In this document: positions 1 to 8,727 of the stretch, one piece after another
Position numbering within the stretch: the stretch's first letter is position 1
Layout: every line of letters begins with the position of its first letter
Source: Minisyncoccota bacterium
Lineage (GTDB): Bacteria > Patescibacteriota > Minisyncoccia > Phycocordibacterales > UBA12079
Length of the DNA stretch: 64,000 nucleotides
Assembly: GCA_023140255.1 (NCBI GenBank)
Contig: JAGLLX010000010.1
Location: 19,774-83,773, forward strand
Direction: 5' to 3'
Notes under the pieces: model-generated
What the model saw: only the letters and a program-made list of their open reading frames with translations
Database searches by the model: none
Told to the model about the DNA's origin: nothing
Program-made: the position numbers and the translations under genes

Positions 1-1
1 A

Positions 2-238
2 ATTGGTCCAAATTATGGACAATTAAAAGATATTGATGAAAGACTAGAGGCTCATACTCAAAATCTAGGAGAATTAAAGGAACTAAGAAGTCAACTTCAA
101 TATTCTAGCGACCAAACTTTACTTGATGAACAAATTCAAGTAATGGAAGAAATCCAAACTGAATTAGAAGATGCAGTTGGAGAAGAACAAAGAGGGTTCT
201 CTCTATTCGGTTGGTTAAATAAACTGTTTAGAAAATAA
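2..238 (+). CDS. C-terminal part of a coiled-coil hypothetical protein (partial, begins before the window)
   Basis: Open frame IGPNYGQLKDIDERLE...GFSLFGWLNKLFRK* read manually; TAA at 236-238. Confidence 0.75.
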   Translation: MGPNYGQLKDIDERLEAHTQNLGELKELRSQLQYSSDQTLLDEQIQVMEEIQTELEDAVGEEQRGFSLFGWLNKLFRK

Positions 239-260
239 AAACAATTAAATTTCTAAATTT

Positions 261-288
261 AAAAAACACTGTTTCAACAGTGTTTTTT
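261..288 (+). terminator. Intrinsic terminator hairpin
   Basis: aaaaaacactg-tttcaa-cagtgtttttt directly after the stop codon. Confidence 0.7.
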
Positions 289-622
289 ATTTATCAACAT
301 AATCCCTCTTTAAACTTTTATTATTTACTTTTTAGTATATAAAACATTATATTTAATAGACTATAAACTAAATTATTATGGCAAAAAGAAAAACTGACTT
401 AAATAAGAAAAGTAATTTTCAAAAAACTTAAAAACTCACATAAATTTATATGAGTTTTTGTTTATTCCCCTGTATTTTACACTCTATCATTCTATAAAAT
501 GATAGAATAGAATATATTAAAAAGTTATCCTTTTTTTTAATTTGCTATTTAATATTATGAATGTACTATAGATAACAGGTAGTTTTTTGTAAAAAATTAA
601 AAGTAAACAAGGAGGTTTAAAA

Positions 623-925
623 ATGGCGTCAGAAGATATCCCTTCTCAAAAAAAAGTTAAATCTGTTTTTAAACAATTAACGAGAACAACTGCTTGGGAA
701 AGTATCTGCAGAGCAACAGATAAACAAGGTTTATATCTTTGGATAATTAGATTAAAACAAAAAGAAGGTTTTGTTACATATTCATATCTACGACGAGGCA
801 ATTTCCCTGAAGGAAGATCATTAGACACTGTAATTCATATTTCTATTTTTGATGCCCAAGGAGATATTAAAGAAAAGCGTTTAGTAGCAAAACTCAAACA
901 AGGAAAATGGAAAATTACTCCTTAA
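623..925 (+). CDS. Hypothetical protein (100 aa)
   Basis: ORF preceded by strong SD aaggaggt (609-616) and followed by a hairpin. Confidence 0.7.
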   Translation: MASEDIPSQKKVKSVFKQLTRTTAWESICRATDKQGLYLWIIRLKQKEGFVTYSYLRRGNFPEGRSLDTVIHISIFDAQGDIKEKRLVAKLKQGKWKITP

Positions 926-1145
926 AAAGTCCGTTCAATAGAAAACTGTTTCTACTTGAGCGGTTTTCTTTTTTTATTCTATAGAATGATAGAATGTAAA
1001 ATACCAAAAAAAAATTTACATTTACATCCAAAGAGATTCTCTTTGGATGATTAGTTGAGTTAACTGACAATATTTCACTTGTTGGTTGAGTAAGCAAAGA
1101 AAAACCATTACTATTACGAAGTTTAACTGCTCCATACTTAGACAT
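915..1145 (-). CDS. Possible small hypothetical protein
   Basis: SD-like aaaggggga upstream on the minus strand; the 3' end runs through a hairpin, so it is doubtful. Confidence 0.3.
   Translation of the reverse strand: MSKYGAVKLRNSNGFSLLTQPTSEILSVNSTNHPKRISLDVNVNFFLVFYILSFYRIKKENRSSRNSFLLNGLFKE
926..975 (+). terminator. Hairpin/terminator, same family as 3133-3177
   Basis: ccgttcaa-tagaaaac-tgtttcta-cttgagcgg followed by a T tract. Confidence 0.55.
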
Positions 1146-1340
1146 TTAATCCCCCTTTTTTCTCTTTTTATTATTTTGTTATTTATTTTTTAGAAAATAC
1201 AATTGATTTTCTTACTTTCTACTTTATACCATACTATAGCTAACTGTATATGTAAAGGGTTTTTAAATGACTTTTTAAAATTAAATTTATGATATAATCT
1301 TTACTATTAGAATTAATATTAAAATAATTTAAAAACTTTT

Positions 1341-2249
1341 ATGAAAAATACAATTATTACACTTATAATCATTATTGTTCTTGGTTTTGGAGGGTATTTA
1401 ATTTTTAAAAACTCAGGTTCAGACTCAAGTACAACTCAATACCAAAATATAGACTTAATACAAGATACAGATCAAGCCACAACAACTCCTACAACAAAAG
1501 AAAATAAAGAGATGACTGTTATAGGGAAATCTGTTGAGGGACGAGATATTACAGCCTACCATTATGGTGAAGGAGACACTGAAATTCTATTTATTGGAGG
1601 AACACACGGAGGATATGGTTGGGCTACTTCCCTTTTAGCTTACGAAACAATTGATTCTCTAAAACTAGACTCAAGTATAGACCCCGCTAAAATAAAGGTA
1701 ACTGTTATTCCTAGTCTAAACCCAGATGGGTTAAATAAAATTGTTGGAACTTCAGAACGATTTGAATTAGCAGACGCTCCTGAAAAAAGTGTAGACACAA
1801 CTGAAGGCCGTTTCAACGCAAATGAAGTTGATTTGAATAGAAACTTTGATTGTAATTGGAAAACTACTAGTAAATGGCAAAACAAAACTGTTAGTGGTGG
1901 AACTGAAGCCTTTTCTGAACCAGAAGCTCAAGCTATTAAAAATTATGTAGAAGAAAATAAACCAGCAGCTGTTATTGTTTGGTATAGTGCTGCTGGAGGA
2001 GTTTTTGCTTCAAGTTGTTATAATGGTGTCTCAGAAGAAACAAGTACTCTTACAAGTATTTATGCTGACGCATCAGGTTACCCAAAATATGAAAAATTTG
2101 ATTATTATGCAATAACTGGAGATATGGTTAATTGGTTAGCTAAAAAAGATATTCCAGCCATCAGTGTTCTTCTTAGCACTCATAATGATATTGATTGGGA
2201 TAAAAATGAAGCTGGAATTAAGGCTGTTATAAAACATTACATCAAATAA
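1341..2249 (+). CDS. Membrane-anchored M14 zinc carboxypeptidase-like protein, probably catalytically inactive
   Basis: N-terminal TM helix; NPDG, GRFNANEVDLNRNF and FSEPEA M14 motifs; HGGYG, WYS and ISVLL replace catalytic residues. Confidence 0.85.
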   Translation: MKNTIITLIIIIVLGFGGYLIFKNSGSDSSTTQYQNIDLIQDTDQATTTPTTKENKEMTVIGKSVEGRDITAYHYGEGDTEILFIGGTHGGYGWATSLLAYETIDSLKLDSSIDPAKIKVTVIPSLNPDGLNKIVGTSERFELADAPEKSVDTTEGRFNANEVDLNRNFDCNWKTTSKWQNKTVSGGTEAFSEPEAQAIKNYVEENKPAAVIVWYSAAGGVFASSCYNGVSEETSTLTSIYADASGYPKYEKFDYYAITGDMVNWLAKKDIPAISVLLSTHNDIDWDKNEAGIKAVIKHYIK

Positions 2250-3118
2250 TGAATCAACTTTTTACTAAACGAAGAATTGGAGCAATTACTCTATTTACCT
2301 TATTTTGTATAGGCTTATTTACTTTTTATATTTTCTTGAAGACTAATGTAGAAGAAATTCCCTTAGATAATTCTCCAAAATATGAAATAGTTGGATCATC
2401 AGTAGAGGGACGAAAAATTGAAGCTTACACATTTGGAAATGGAGAAACTCAGCTTCTTTTTGTTGGAGGAATACATGGAGGCTATGAATGGAATTCTGTT
2501 TTACTTGCACACAAGGTTATAGATTATCTTAAAATCAATTCTGAAATAATTCCCGAAAATATAAATGTAACAATAATCCCCTCTGCTAACCCAGATGGAA
2601 TATTTAAAATAACCCAAAAAGAAGGATTATTTACAGCAATGGATATGCCTGAAAGTGAAGATACGGTTCAGGGTCGTTTTAATGCAAACGAAGTTGATTT
2701 GAATAGAAATTTTGATTGTAAATGGCAACCTGAAAGTACTTGGCGAAACAAAGTGGTTAGTGCCGGAACTTCCCCGTTCTCTGAACCGGAAGCTCAAGCT
2801 ATCCGAGATTTTGTTTTAGAAAATAATCCTCAAGCTGTTATCTTCTGGCACAGCCAAGCCAATACTGTTTATGCATCAGAATGTGAAAATGGAGTTCTCC
2901 CTGAAACTCTTGATATTATGAATGCTTATGCAAAAGCTTCTGGCTATAAGTCTGTGGATTCATTTGATGCTTACGAAGTAACTGGCGATGCAGAAGGTTG
3001 GCTAGCTTCAATTAATATTCCTGCTATTACAGTAGAACTTAAGACTCATGAATCAATTGATTGGACACAAAATTTAGCAGGTATCAATGCCCTTTTTGAA
3101 TATTATAACTCAAACTAA
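2249..3118 (+). CDS. M14 zinc carboxypeptidase (MpaA-like), membrane-anchored
   Basis: HGGYE, DLNRNF, FWHS and ITVEL motifs; start overlaps the previous stop (TAATG). Confidence 0.88.
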   Translation: MNQLFTKRRIGAITLFTLFCIGLFTFYIFLKTNVEEIPLDNSPKYEIVGSSVEGRKIEAYTFGNGETQLLFVGGIHGGYEWNSVLLAHKVIDYLKINSEIIPENINVTIIPSANPDGIFKITQKEGLFTAMDMPESEDTVQGRFNANEVDLNRNFDCKWQPESTWRNKVVSAGTSPFSEPEAQAIRDFVLENNPQAVIFWHSQANTVYASECENGVLPETLDIMNAYAKASGYKSVDSFDAYEVTGDAEGWLASINIPAITVELKTHESIDWTQNLAGINALFEYYNSN

Positions 3119-3132
3119 AATTTTATTTAGCT

Positions 3133-3177
3133 AAAAACCGTCCACAGAAAACCGTTTCTGTTTGAACGGTTTTCTTA
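3133..3177 (+). terminator. Hairpin/terminator
   Basis: aaaaccgtcca-cagaaaac-cgtttctg-tttgaacggttttctt. Confidence 0.55.
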
Positions 3178-3254
3178 TTCTTTTAAAAATATGTTATCAT
3201 AGAAATTCCTTATTTTTAAAAAATAAAATTACTATTAATTTAACTAATTAAATT

Positions 3255-4397
3255 ATGCAAAAAAAATTTACACCCTTATTATTCCTAATGTCTTTAGGCG
3301 CTGGAGGCTTGGCTATCTCAGGCTTTTCATTTTTAAACTATACAATAAACCATGGTGAGGGTCTTGTTTATATAACTCAAATGTTGAATTTAAATTCAAC
3401 ATTTTTAGAACTTTTATTTTATAGAATGGCTGAAATAATAATGGTAGTGTTTACTCTTATCCATTTTTACTTAACTATCTATTTATTAAGAATCTATATT
3501 CCGTGGCTGAAAAGTGAAGAACATAAAATTATTAAAAACAACCCTTTAGAAAACTCTTCATTAGTTACTCCTTTTATCTCATTAATAATGACTATGAATG
3601 TATTTTTAGCGGTTATAAGATACTTTATTCCTGCGGCTGCTGAAAATTTACAAGTATTTATGTTTTCAGGTTTTATTGTTTGGTTATTATTATGGCTAGC
3701 TCTTATGAAAATAGAAATTTCTCTTCTTAAAATTTCATTTTCAAAAAGTTTTGATATCAGTAAAATTAATTTTGGATGGCTCCTGCACCCTTTTGCTTTA
3801 AGCATGTTAACTGTTACGGGTATGGGAATAGCAGCTTTGGCACAAGATTATGTTCTTGCAAGTACAGCTATGTTCCTATCACTTATCTCTGGAACTATGG
3901 GATTATTTTTACTAACAGTAAAATTAATTACATTATTTAAAAGCCACATTACAGCTCCTGGTCTTCCTGAAAAGCAATTTTTACCTAGTTTTTTGATTAT
4001 TGTTCCTAATATTACCCTTTTTGCTATTAGTTTTTTTAGATTTGGTCATTATTTAGAAAATAAAATGCATTTTGAAATGGGTTCTTATTTTATAATAGTA
4101 ATACTTATAAGCTTTGCTTTTGAAATATGGTATATGGCATTTGGAATTACTTTACTTAAAGACTACTTTAAGAAAGAAATGAGAGAAGAATTCCATATTT
4201 CTCAATGGGGATTCATTTGTCCTTTTGTAGCTTTTTCTGTTCTAGCTACTTTTGTACATAATTTATTTATCCCTTCTATCTATTTTAGTATACTAATAAT
4301 ATTAGTAATGCTATTTACATCAATTTTATTTTTCTATCTTTTAAATCGTCATTTAAAATGTGTTAAAAATAAAAAAATTAAATTTGAATGTGTATAA
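3255..4397 (+). CDS. Polytopic membrane protein, resembles the TsoY family
   Basis: About 10 TM segments; N-terminal FTPLLFLMSLGAGG motif; family name from recall, not verified. Confidence 0.6.
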   Translation: MQKKFTPLLFLMSLGAGGLAISGFSFLNYTINHGEGLVYITQMLNLNSTFLELLFYRMAEIIMVVFTLIHFYLTIYLLRIYIPWLKSEEHKIIKNNPLENSSLVTPFISLIMTMNVFLAVIRYFIPAAAENLQVFMFSGFIVWLLLWLALMKIEISLLKISFSKSFDISKINFGWLLHPFALSMLTVTGMGIAALAQDYVLASTAMFLSLISGTMGLFLLTVKLITLFKSHITAPGLPEKQFLPSFLIIVPNITLFAISFFRFGHYLENKMHFEMGSYFIIVILISFAFEIWYMAFGITLLKDYFKKEMREEFHISQWGFICPFVAFSVLATFVHNLFIPSIYFSILIILVMLFTSILFFYLLNRHLKCVKNKKIKFECV

Positions 4398-4439
4398 TAA
4401 ATTAGAATTTAAAGACAATTAAAGTTATAATTAAAAACA

Positions 4440-4877
4440 ATGGAATTAACCGAAAATAAAAAAACTCCTCTTAAAAAAGCGGTGTTTAAAACAATTCAAT
4501 CATTTAAAATCTCTCTTCCTATTATCATAGGGGTTCTTCTTTTAGTTAATTTAATAAATGTTCACGCAAAAGATTATTACATGAAATTATTTACTGGAAA
4601 TTTAATGTGGGATTCCCTGATTGGAACCTTAGCAGGAAGTATTTCCTTAGGGATTCCTTTAACCAGTTACGTTATCGGAGGAGAATTATTAAAAGAAGGA
4701 ATCTCTTTAATCGCTATTACTGCTTTTATTTTAAGTTGGACTACTGTTGGAATAGCTATGTTGCCTTTAGAAATAAAATTTATGGGAAAACGCTTTGCTT
4801 TTGTCAGAAATTCAGTTAATTTTGTTTTTGCAATTATTATTTCTATTTTGGTTATTTTAACTCTTTCTATTTTATAA
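4440..4877 (+). CDS. Predicted permease (ArsP/DUF318-like), first half
   Basis: 4 TM; AGSISLGIPLTSY and FILSWTTVG...LPLE motifs. Confidence 0.7.
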   Translation: MELTENKKTPLKKAVFKTIQSFKISLPIIIGVLLLVNLINVHAKDYYMKLFTGNLMWDSLIGTLAGSISLGIPLTSYVIGGELLKEGISLIAITAFILSWTTVGIAMLPLEIKFMGKRFAFVRNSVNFVFAIIISILVILTLSIL

Positions 4878-5389
4878 TGAATAAATTACTCGCAAAAAAT
4901 AAACAAAAAGGTGTAACTAAATTTCTAATGGCTGTTTTTGTAATTTATTTAGGAGCTGCTTTATATGATTTCTCTATTGTGAAAGAAGCCTTTTTTGACT
5001 TTTTAGCAATGTTCATACAAATGATACCAATATTAGCTTTTGTTTTTGTACTAATGGCTATAGTCAATTTTTACTTTACTCCAGAAAGAATAAAAAAACA
5101 TTTAGGAGAAAGCTCGGGAATTAAAGGGTGGATTTATACAATGCTCTCAGGAATTATTATCTCTGGTCACGCCTACATCTTTTTCCCATTACTTAAAGAT
5201 TTAAAAGATCATGGAATGAAAGACTCTTTGTTAGCTGTATTTTTATATAGTAAAAATATAAAGATTCCATTTTTACCAGTAATGGTTTATTATTTTGGAC
5301 TAAGCTTTACTATCGTATTAACTATTTATACTGCTATATTCTCAATTTTAAACGGGTTTGTCGTAGAATGGTTAGTAAAACGAAAATAA
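4877..5389 (+). CDS. Predicted permease (ArsP/DUF318-like), second half
   Basis: IKKHLGESSGIKGW and GHAYIFFPLL motifs; translationally coupled to the previous gene. Confidence 0.7.
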   Translation: MNKLLAKNKQKGVTKFLMAVFVIYLGAALYDFSIVKEAFFDFLAMFIQMIPILAFVFVLMAIVNFYFTPERIKKHLGESSGIKGWIYTMLSGIIISGHAYIFFPLLKDLKDHGMKDSLLAVFLYSKNIKIPFLPVMVYYFGLSFTIVLTIYTAIFSILNGFVVEWLVKRK

Positions 5390-5446
5390 GAATTCTCTTG
5401 CTTATCAACCTAAAATCATATATAATCTGCTCTATAAAAAAATATT

Positions 5447-5605
5447 ATGTCACAAGATAGATTAATTAAATTAGCTTGTCAGGATTGTAAAAGAATCAAT
5501 TATTGGTCAAGTAAAAATAAGAAGTTAGTTGTTGATAAAATTGAACTCAACAAATATTGTAAATGGTGTAGAAAACACACTGTTCATAAAGAAACTAAAA
5601 AGTAA
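5447..5605 (+). CDS. rpmG: 50S ribosomal protein L33 (zinc-ribbon type)
   Basis: Manual translation [52 protein letters not shown]; too short for the ORF track. Confidence 0.96.
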   Translation: MSQDRLIKLACQDCKRINYWSSKNKKLVVDKIELNKYCKWCRKHTVHKETKK

Positions 5606-5620
5606 ACTTATTTTTTAAGG

Positions 5621-5652
5621 AGGCGATGAGTTTTTACTCATCGTCTTTTTTT
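5621..5652 (+). terminator. Intrinsic terminator after rpmG
   Basis: aggcgatgagt-tttt-actcatcgtct followed by a T tract. Confidence 0.7.
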
Positions 5653-5697
5653 ATAGAATAATTTAGAAAAATTTGATAAAATAGGTTCAGTCAATAA

Positions 5698-5769
5698 GGG
5701 TCCATAGTTTAGTTGGTAAAACAACGGTCTCCAAAACCGTCAACCGAGGTTCGAGTCCTCGTGGACCCG
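5698..5769 (+). tRNA. tRNA-Trp(CCA)
   Basis: GGGTCCA/TGGACCC acceptor stem; acggt-ctCCAaa-accgt anticodon arm; GGTTCGAGTCC T arm; no encoded CCA end. Confidence 0.96.
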
Positions 5770-5965
5770 CAATAATGAAAATCATCCAATTTCATATTGA
5801 GTGATTTTTATTATCTATGATTCTAATAGGACTCGAACGGTGATAGGAAAAGGACTAAATTCCTTTTCCGAGCCGCGACCAGCAGTACTTAGTAAAATTA
5901 GAGTGAACTTTGTGAACAAATAATTTTACTTAGTAACTGTGGGTCGAGTCCTCGTGGACCCGCAA
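5770..5965 (+). repeat. tRNA-3'-duplicating structured element
   Basis: 22-bp direct repeat 5751-5772/5944-5965; antisense T-arm copy at 5828-5838; internal hairpins. Confidence 0.8.
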
Positions 5966-6037
5966 AAAGACATTTAACCCCAAATGATAATTTGGGGTTT
6001 TAGTATTTTATAATCTTTATTTAATCTTAAGTTTTAA

Positions 6038-6079
6038 ATATTATATGCTGGTATTCTGCAGAATACCAGCATATAATAT
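6038..6079. promoter_or_regulatory. 42-bp perfect palindrome upstream of the ArsR-like gene (candidate operator)
   Basis: atattatatgctggtattctg|cagaataccagcatataatat. Confidence 0.7.
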
Positions 6080-6093
6080 GATATAATTTAAAC

Positions 6094-6381
6094 ATGTATA
6101 AATATAAAAATAAAAAAACATATAGACAATTAGAAAGATTAGTCAAAGGATTTGCTAATCATAGAAGAATACAAGTAATGGAATTATTAAAAAAGAAACC
6201 TGAATTATCAGTTATAGAAATAGCAGAAGAATTAAGTGTTAATGTTAAAACAATATCTGATCATATAAAAAAATTAGCCATGTCAGGGTTAATTTTAAAA
6301 AGGAATGAATTACAATCAGTCAGGCACAAACTAACAAAAAACGGGGAACAAATTCTTAAGTTCTTGAGAACTTTAACATAA
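6094..6381 (+). CDS. ArsR/SmtB-family winged-helix regulator
   Basis: KGFANHRRIQVMELL...LSVIEIAEELSVNVKTISDHIKKL HTH signature. Confidence 0.88.
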   Translation: MYKYKNKKTYRQLERLVKGFANHRRIQVMELLKKKPELSVIEIAEELSVNVKTISDHIKKLAMSGLILKRNELQSVRHKLTKNGEQILKFLRTLT

Positions 6382-6468
6382 ATATTTAAACCCTTTACTT
6401 TACATTAATATTATTATATGATATTTCTAGTTGTTATTTTTGATAAAAATATATAAAGGAGGTAGAAA

Positions 6469-6903
6469 ATGAAAAAAAGAAGGGAAATAGAAGTACTGCA
6501 AAAAGGACGTTCTTTCAAAGTGGAAGGGAGTTTTAAATTTGCTGTGCAAATTCCAGACAACGCTATTGGGTGTAGTGGCTCTCGTTGCTCAAATTGTGAC
6601 AATAAAGAAGTATATTGTCATCAAATATGTAAAGAATGTGGACTACCTTTTGTTGGTCCTTTTGGCCTTCCCCAACTACCTATTTGGGAAAGCATGAGCT
6701 TCAGCAAAAGGAAAGCTCTTGTACTAAAAATCTTTAAGCACAAGAAGAATAGAGGCCGAATGGAATATATAGGAATTAGATTTATTCCAATGACCCCTCG
6801 GGAACTACTACGAATAGAAACTCTGGACGAAAAAGGAGCCGAATCATTCCTTTGTGTCCATGGAGTATCTCCTGGGAACATGAAGAACATTCTTCATGCT
6901 TAA
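6469..6903 (+). CDS. Hypothetical protein with Cys cluster
   Basis: SD aaggaggt; CSGSRCSNC...CHQICKEC. Confidence 0.65.
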   Translation: MKKRREIEVLQKGRSFKVEGSFKFAVQIPDNAIGCSGSRCSNCDNKEVYCHQICKECGLPFVGPFGLPQLPIWESMSFSKRKALVLKIFKHKKNRGRMEYIGIRFIPMTPRELLRIETLDEKGAESFLCVHGVSPGNMKNILHA

Positions 6904-6947
6904 GTGACCACAACAAAGATCATCTGTTGTGGTCTTTGTTACCTCTA

Positions 6948-8567
6948 CTAAATAAATAATTTAACTAAACGAATGTCCTCCCAAGAAATATTATTTGGAA
7001 GGGCTTTTTTAATTGGACTTAATTTATCTCCGCCAACTTTTTTCCAAACCTTAAGTATTTCATCAAAATTTAATAAATCATCTTTTATATATTCAAAACT
7101 AACTCGTTTCTTCCCTTTCTCTTCAGCTAATTTTTCTAAATGACCAACTATTGTAGAAATAGTTAAATTTCGTTCTCTAGCAATATCCTCTATCATCATT
7201 TCTTTAATAATCATTTCTTTAGTAATATCAAAAGTTGAAATTTTTTCTTCTACATAATTTTCGACAACTGAGGCATCAACAAAATCTTTTTGAACTTCTT
7301 TTATATTTCCTTCTGCTTTTAAACGGAAAACAGCTCTTTCAGATTCTTTTTTTAATTCTAAATCAAAATCTAAAATCTCATCGTTCACTTGCAACGCAGT
7401 ATTATTTATTCCCTTTAAATATAATCCATTAAGTGATCTAACTCGAGAAAGAGCTACATAGCCCATTCCTGCTACAAAAGACTTAGAAAGATCAATTTCA
7501 GCTAAATCAAGACTCATTCCTTGGCTTTTATGAATAGTAATCGCCCATGCTAAACGCAAAGGAACTTGAATAATTTTGGCTTTTTGCTTTCCTTCTTCAT
7601 CAATATGCCAAAACTCATCTTCTACCAAAATTTCTTTACCTCTATAAGTTTTTACGACTGGCTGTCCATTACTAAAATCAATAATTGTTCCAAGAGTCCC
7701 ATTTACATAGCCTTTTTCAAAATTATTTTTTATGAACATCACCACAGCTCCTTTTTTTAAATGTAATTCTTCTTGAGCCAAACAACTTTTTTTTAAAGAA
7801 TCTACTAATCTTTTAGTTCCTGTGTCTTTCATTTTATAAATAACAGCAGGAGCTTTAATTTTATTTAGTTCTTGCAGATTCAAAGAATCAACATCTCTAT
7901 TATGTGTATATAGTTTTGTGGGTGTAAATTTAAATTCAGAATATTTTTGTCTTCCTTTTAATACTTCCCAAGTATTTTCGTCCACCCGACTATCTCTTAT
8001 TTCATTTAAAATTTTCAATAAGGAATCATTTTCTTCTTGTCTATATTGTTCTTCTAAATAACAAATATTTAAATCCATATTTGTCCAAATATTTGATTTA
8101 TAAGCAAAATTCATTTCTCCGTCAGCTTTGTTTATAGGAGGTAATTGGAAAAAATCTCCACACAAAATAATCTGCATTCCTCCAAAAGGGTAATCATTGT
8201 GTTTAAACGCCCTACAAATAATATCAATCGCATCTAACTGAAAAGAATGGAGCATTGAAATCTCATCAATAATCAAAACTTGAGTATATTTAAACCTTCT
8301 CTTCAAATACTTTTTTTCTAATAAAGAATCTATATCTAAAGCTGATAATTTATCTTTAATTCCTAAACCAGACCAAGAATGAATAGTCACGCCATTCATA
8401 TGAGTAGCCGCAATTCCAGTAGAAGCCGTTACCCCCACCGGCACGGATTTTTCTTTGAGAAAATTAATATATTGATTAAGTAAATAAGTTTTCCCTGATC
8501 CAGCAGGACCTGTTAAAAAAACATTTTTACCCATTTTTAAAATTTCCAAAGCTTCAGACTGCAACAT
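6948..8567 (-). CDS. PIF1-family 5'-3' DNA helicase with C-terminal HTH
   Basis: GPAGSGKT, IIDEISM, CGDFFQLPP, LAWAITIHKSQGMSL and YVALSRV motifs. Confidence 0.92.
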   Translation of the reverse strand: MLQSEALEILKMGKNVFLTGPAGSGKTYLLNQYINFLKEKSVPVGVTASTGIAATHMNGVTIHSWSGLGIKDKLSALDIDSLLEKKYLKRRFKYTQVLIIDEISMLHSFQLDAIDIICRAFKHNDYPFGGMQIILCGDFFQLPPINKADGEMNFAYKSNIWTNMDLNICYLEEQYRQEENDSLLKILNEIRDSRVDENTWEVLKGRQKYSEFKFTPTKLYTHNRDVDSLNLQELNKIKAPAVIYKMKDTGTKRLVDSLKKSCLAQEELHLKKGAVVMFIKNNFEKGYVNGTLGTIIDFSNGQPVVKTYRGKEILVEDEFWHIDEEGKQKAKIIQVPLRLAWAITIHKSQGMSLDLAEIDLSKSFVAGMGYVALSRVRSLNGLYLKGINNTALQVNDEILDFDLELKKESERAVFRLKAEGNIKEVQKDFVDASVVENYVEEKISTFDITKEMIIKEMMIEDIARERNLTISTIVGHLEKLAEEKGKKRVSFEYIKDDLLNFDEILKVWKKVGGDKLSPIKKALPNNISWEDIRLVKLFI

Positions 8568-8727
8568 AATGAAAACATTATAGCATAAATAGATATTATG
8601 GATTATAATTAAAGAATATTAAATAATTAATTAATTTTATATATGAAGCGAGCATATAATTACGGCATTCGGATTATATAAAAATAAATATTAACATAAT
8701 CATTTTTATAAATCCTCATTTGAAATT

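Noticed and set aside
378-431. Tiny ORF MAKRKTDLNKKSNFQKT followed by a hairpin
   Set aside because: 17 codons with no recognisable family; cannot be distinguished from chance.
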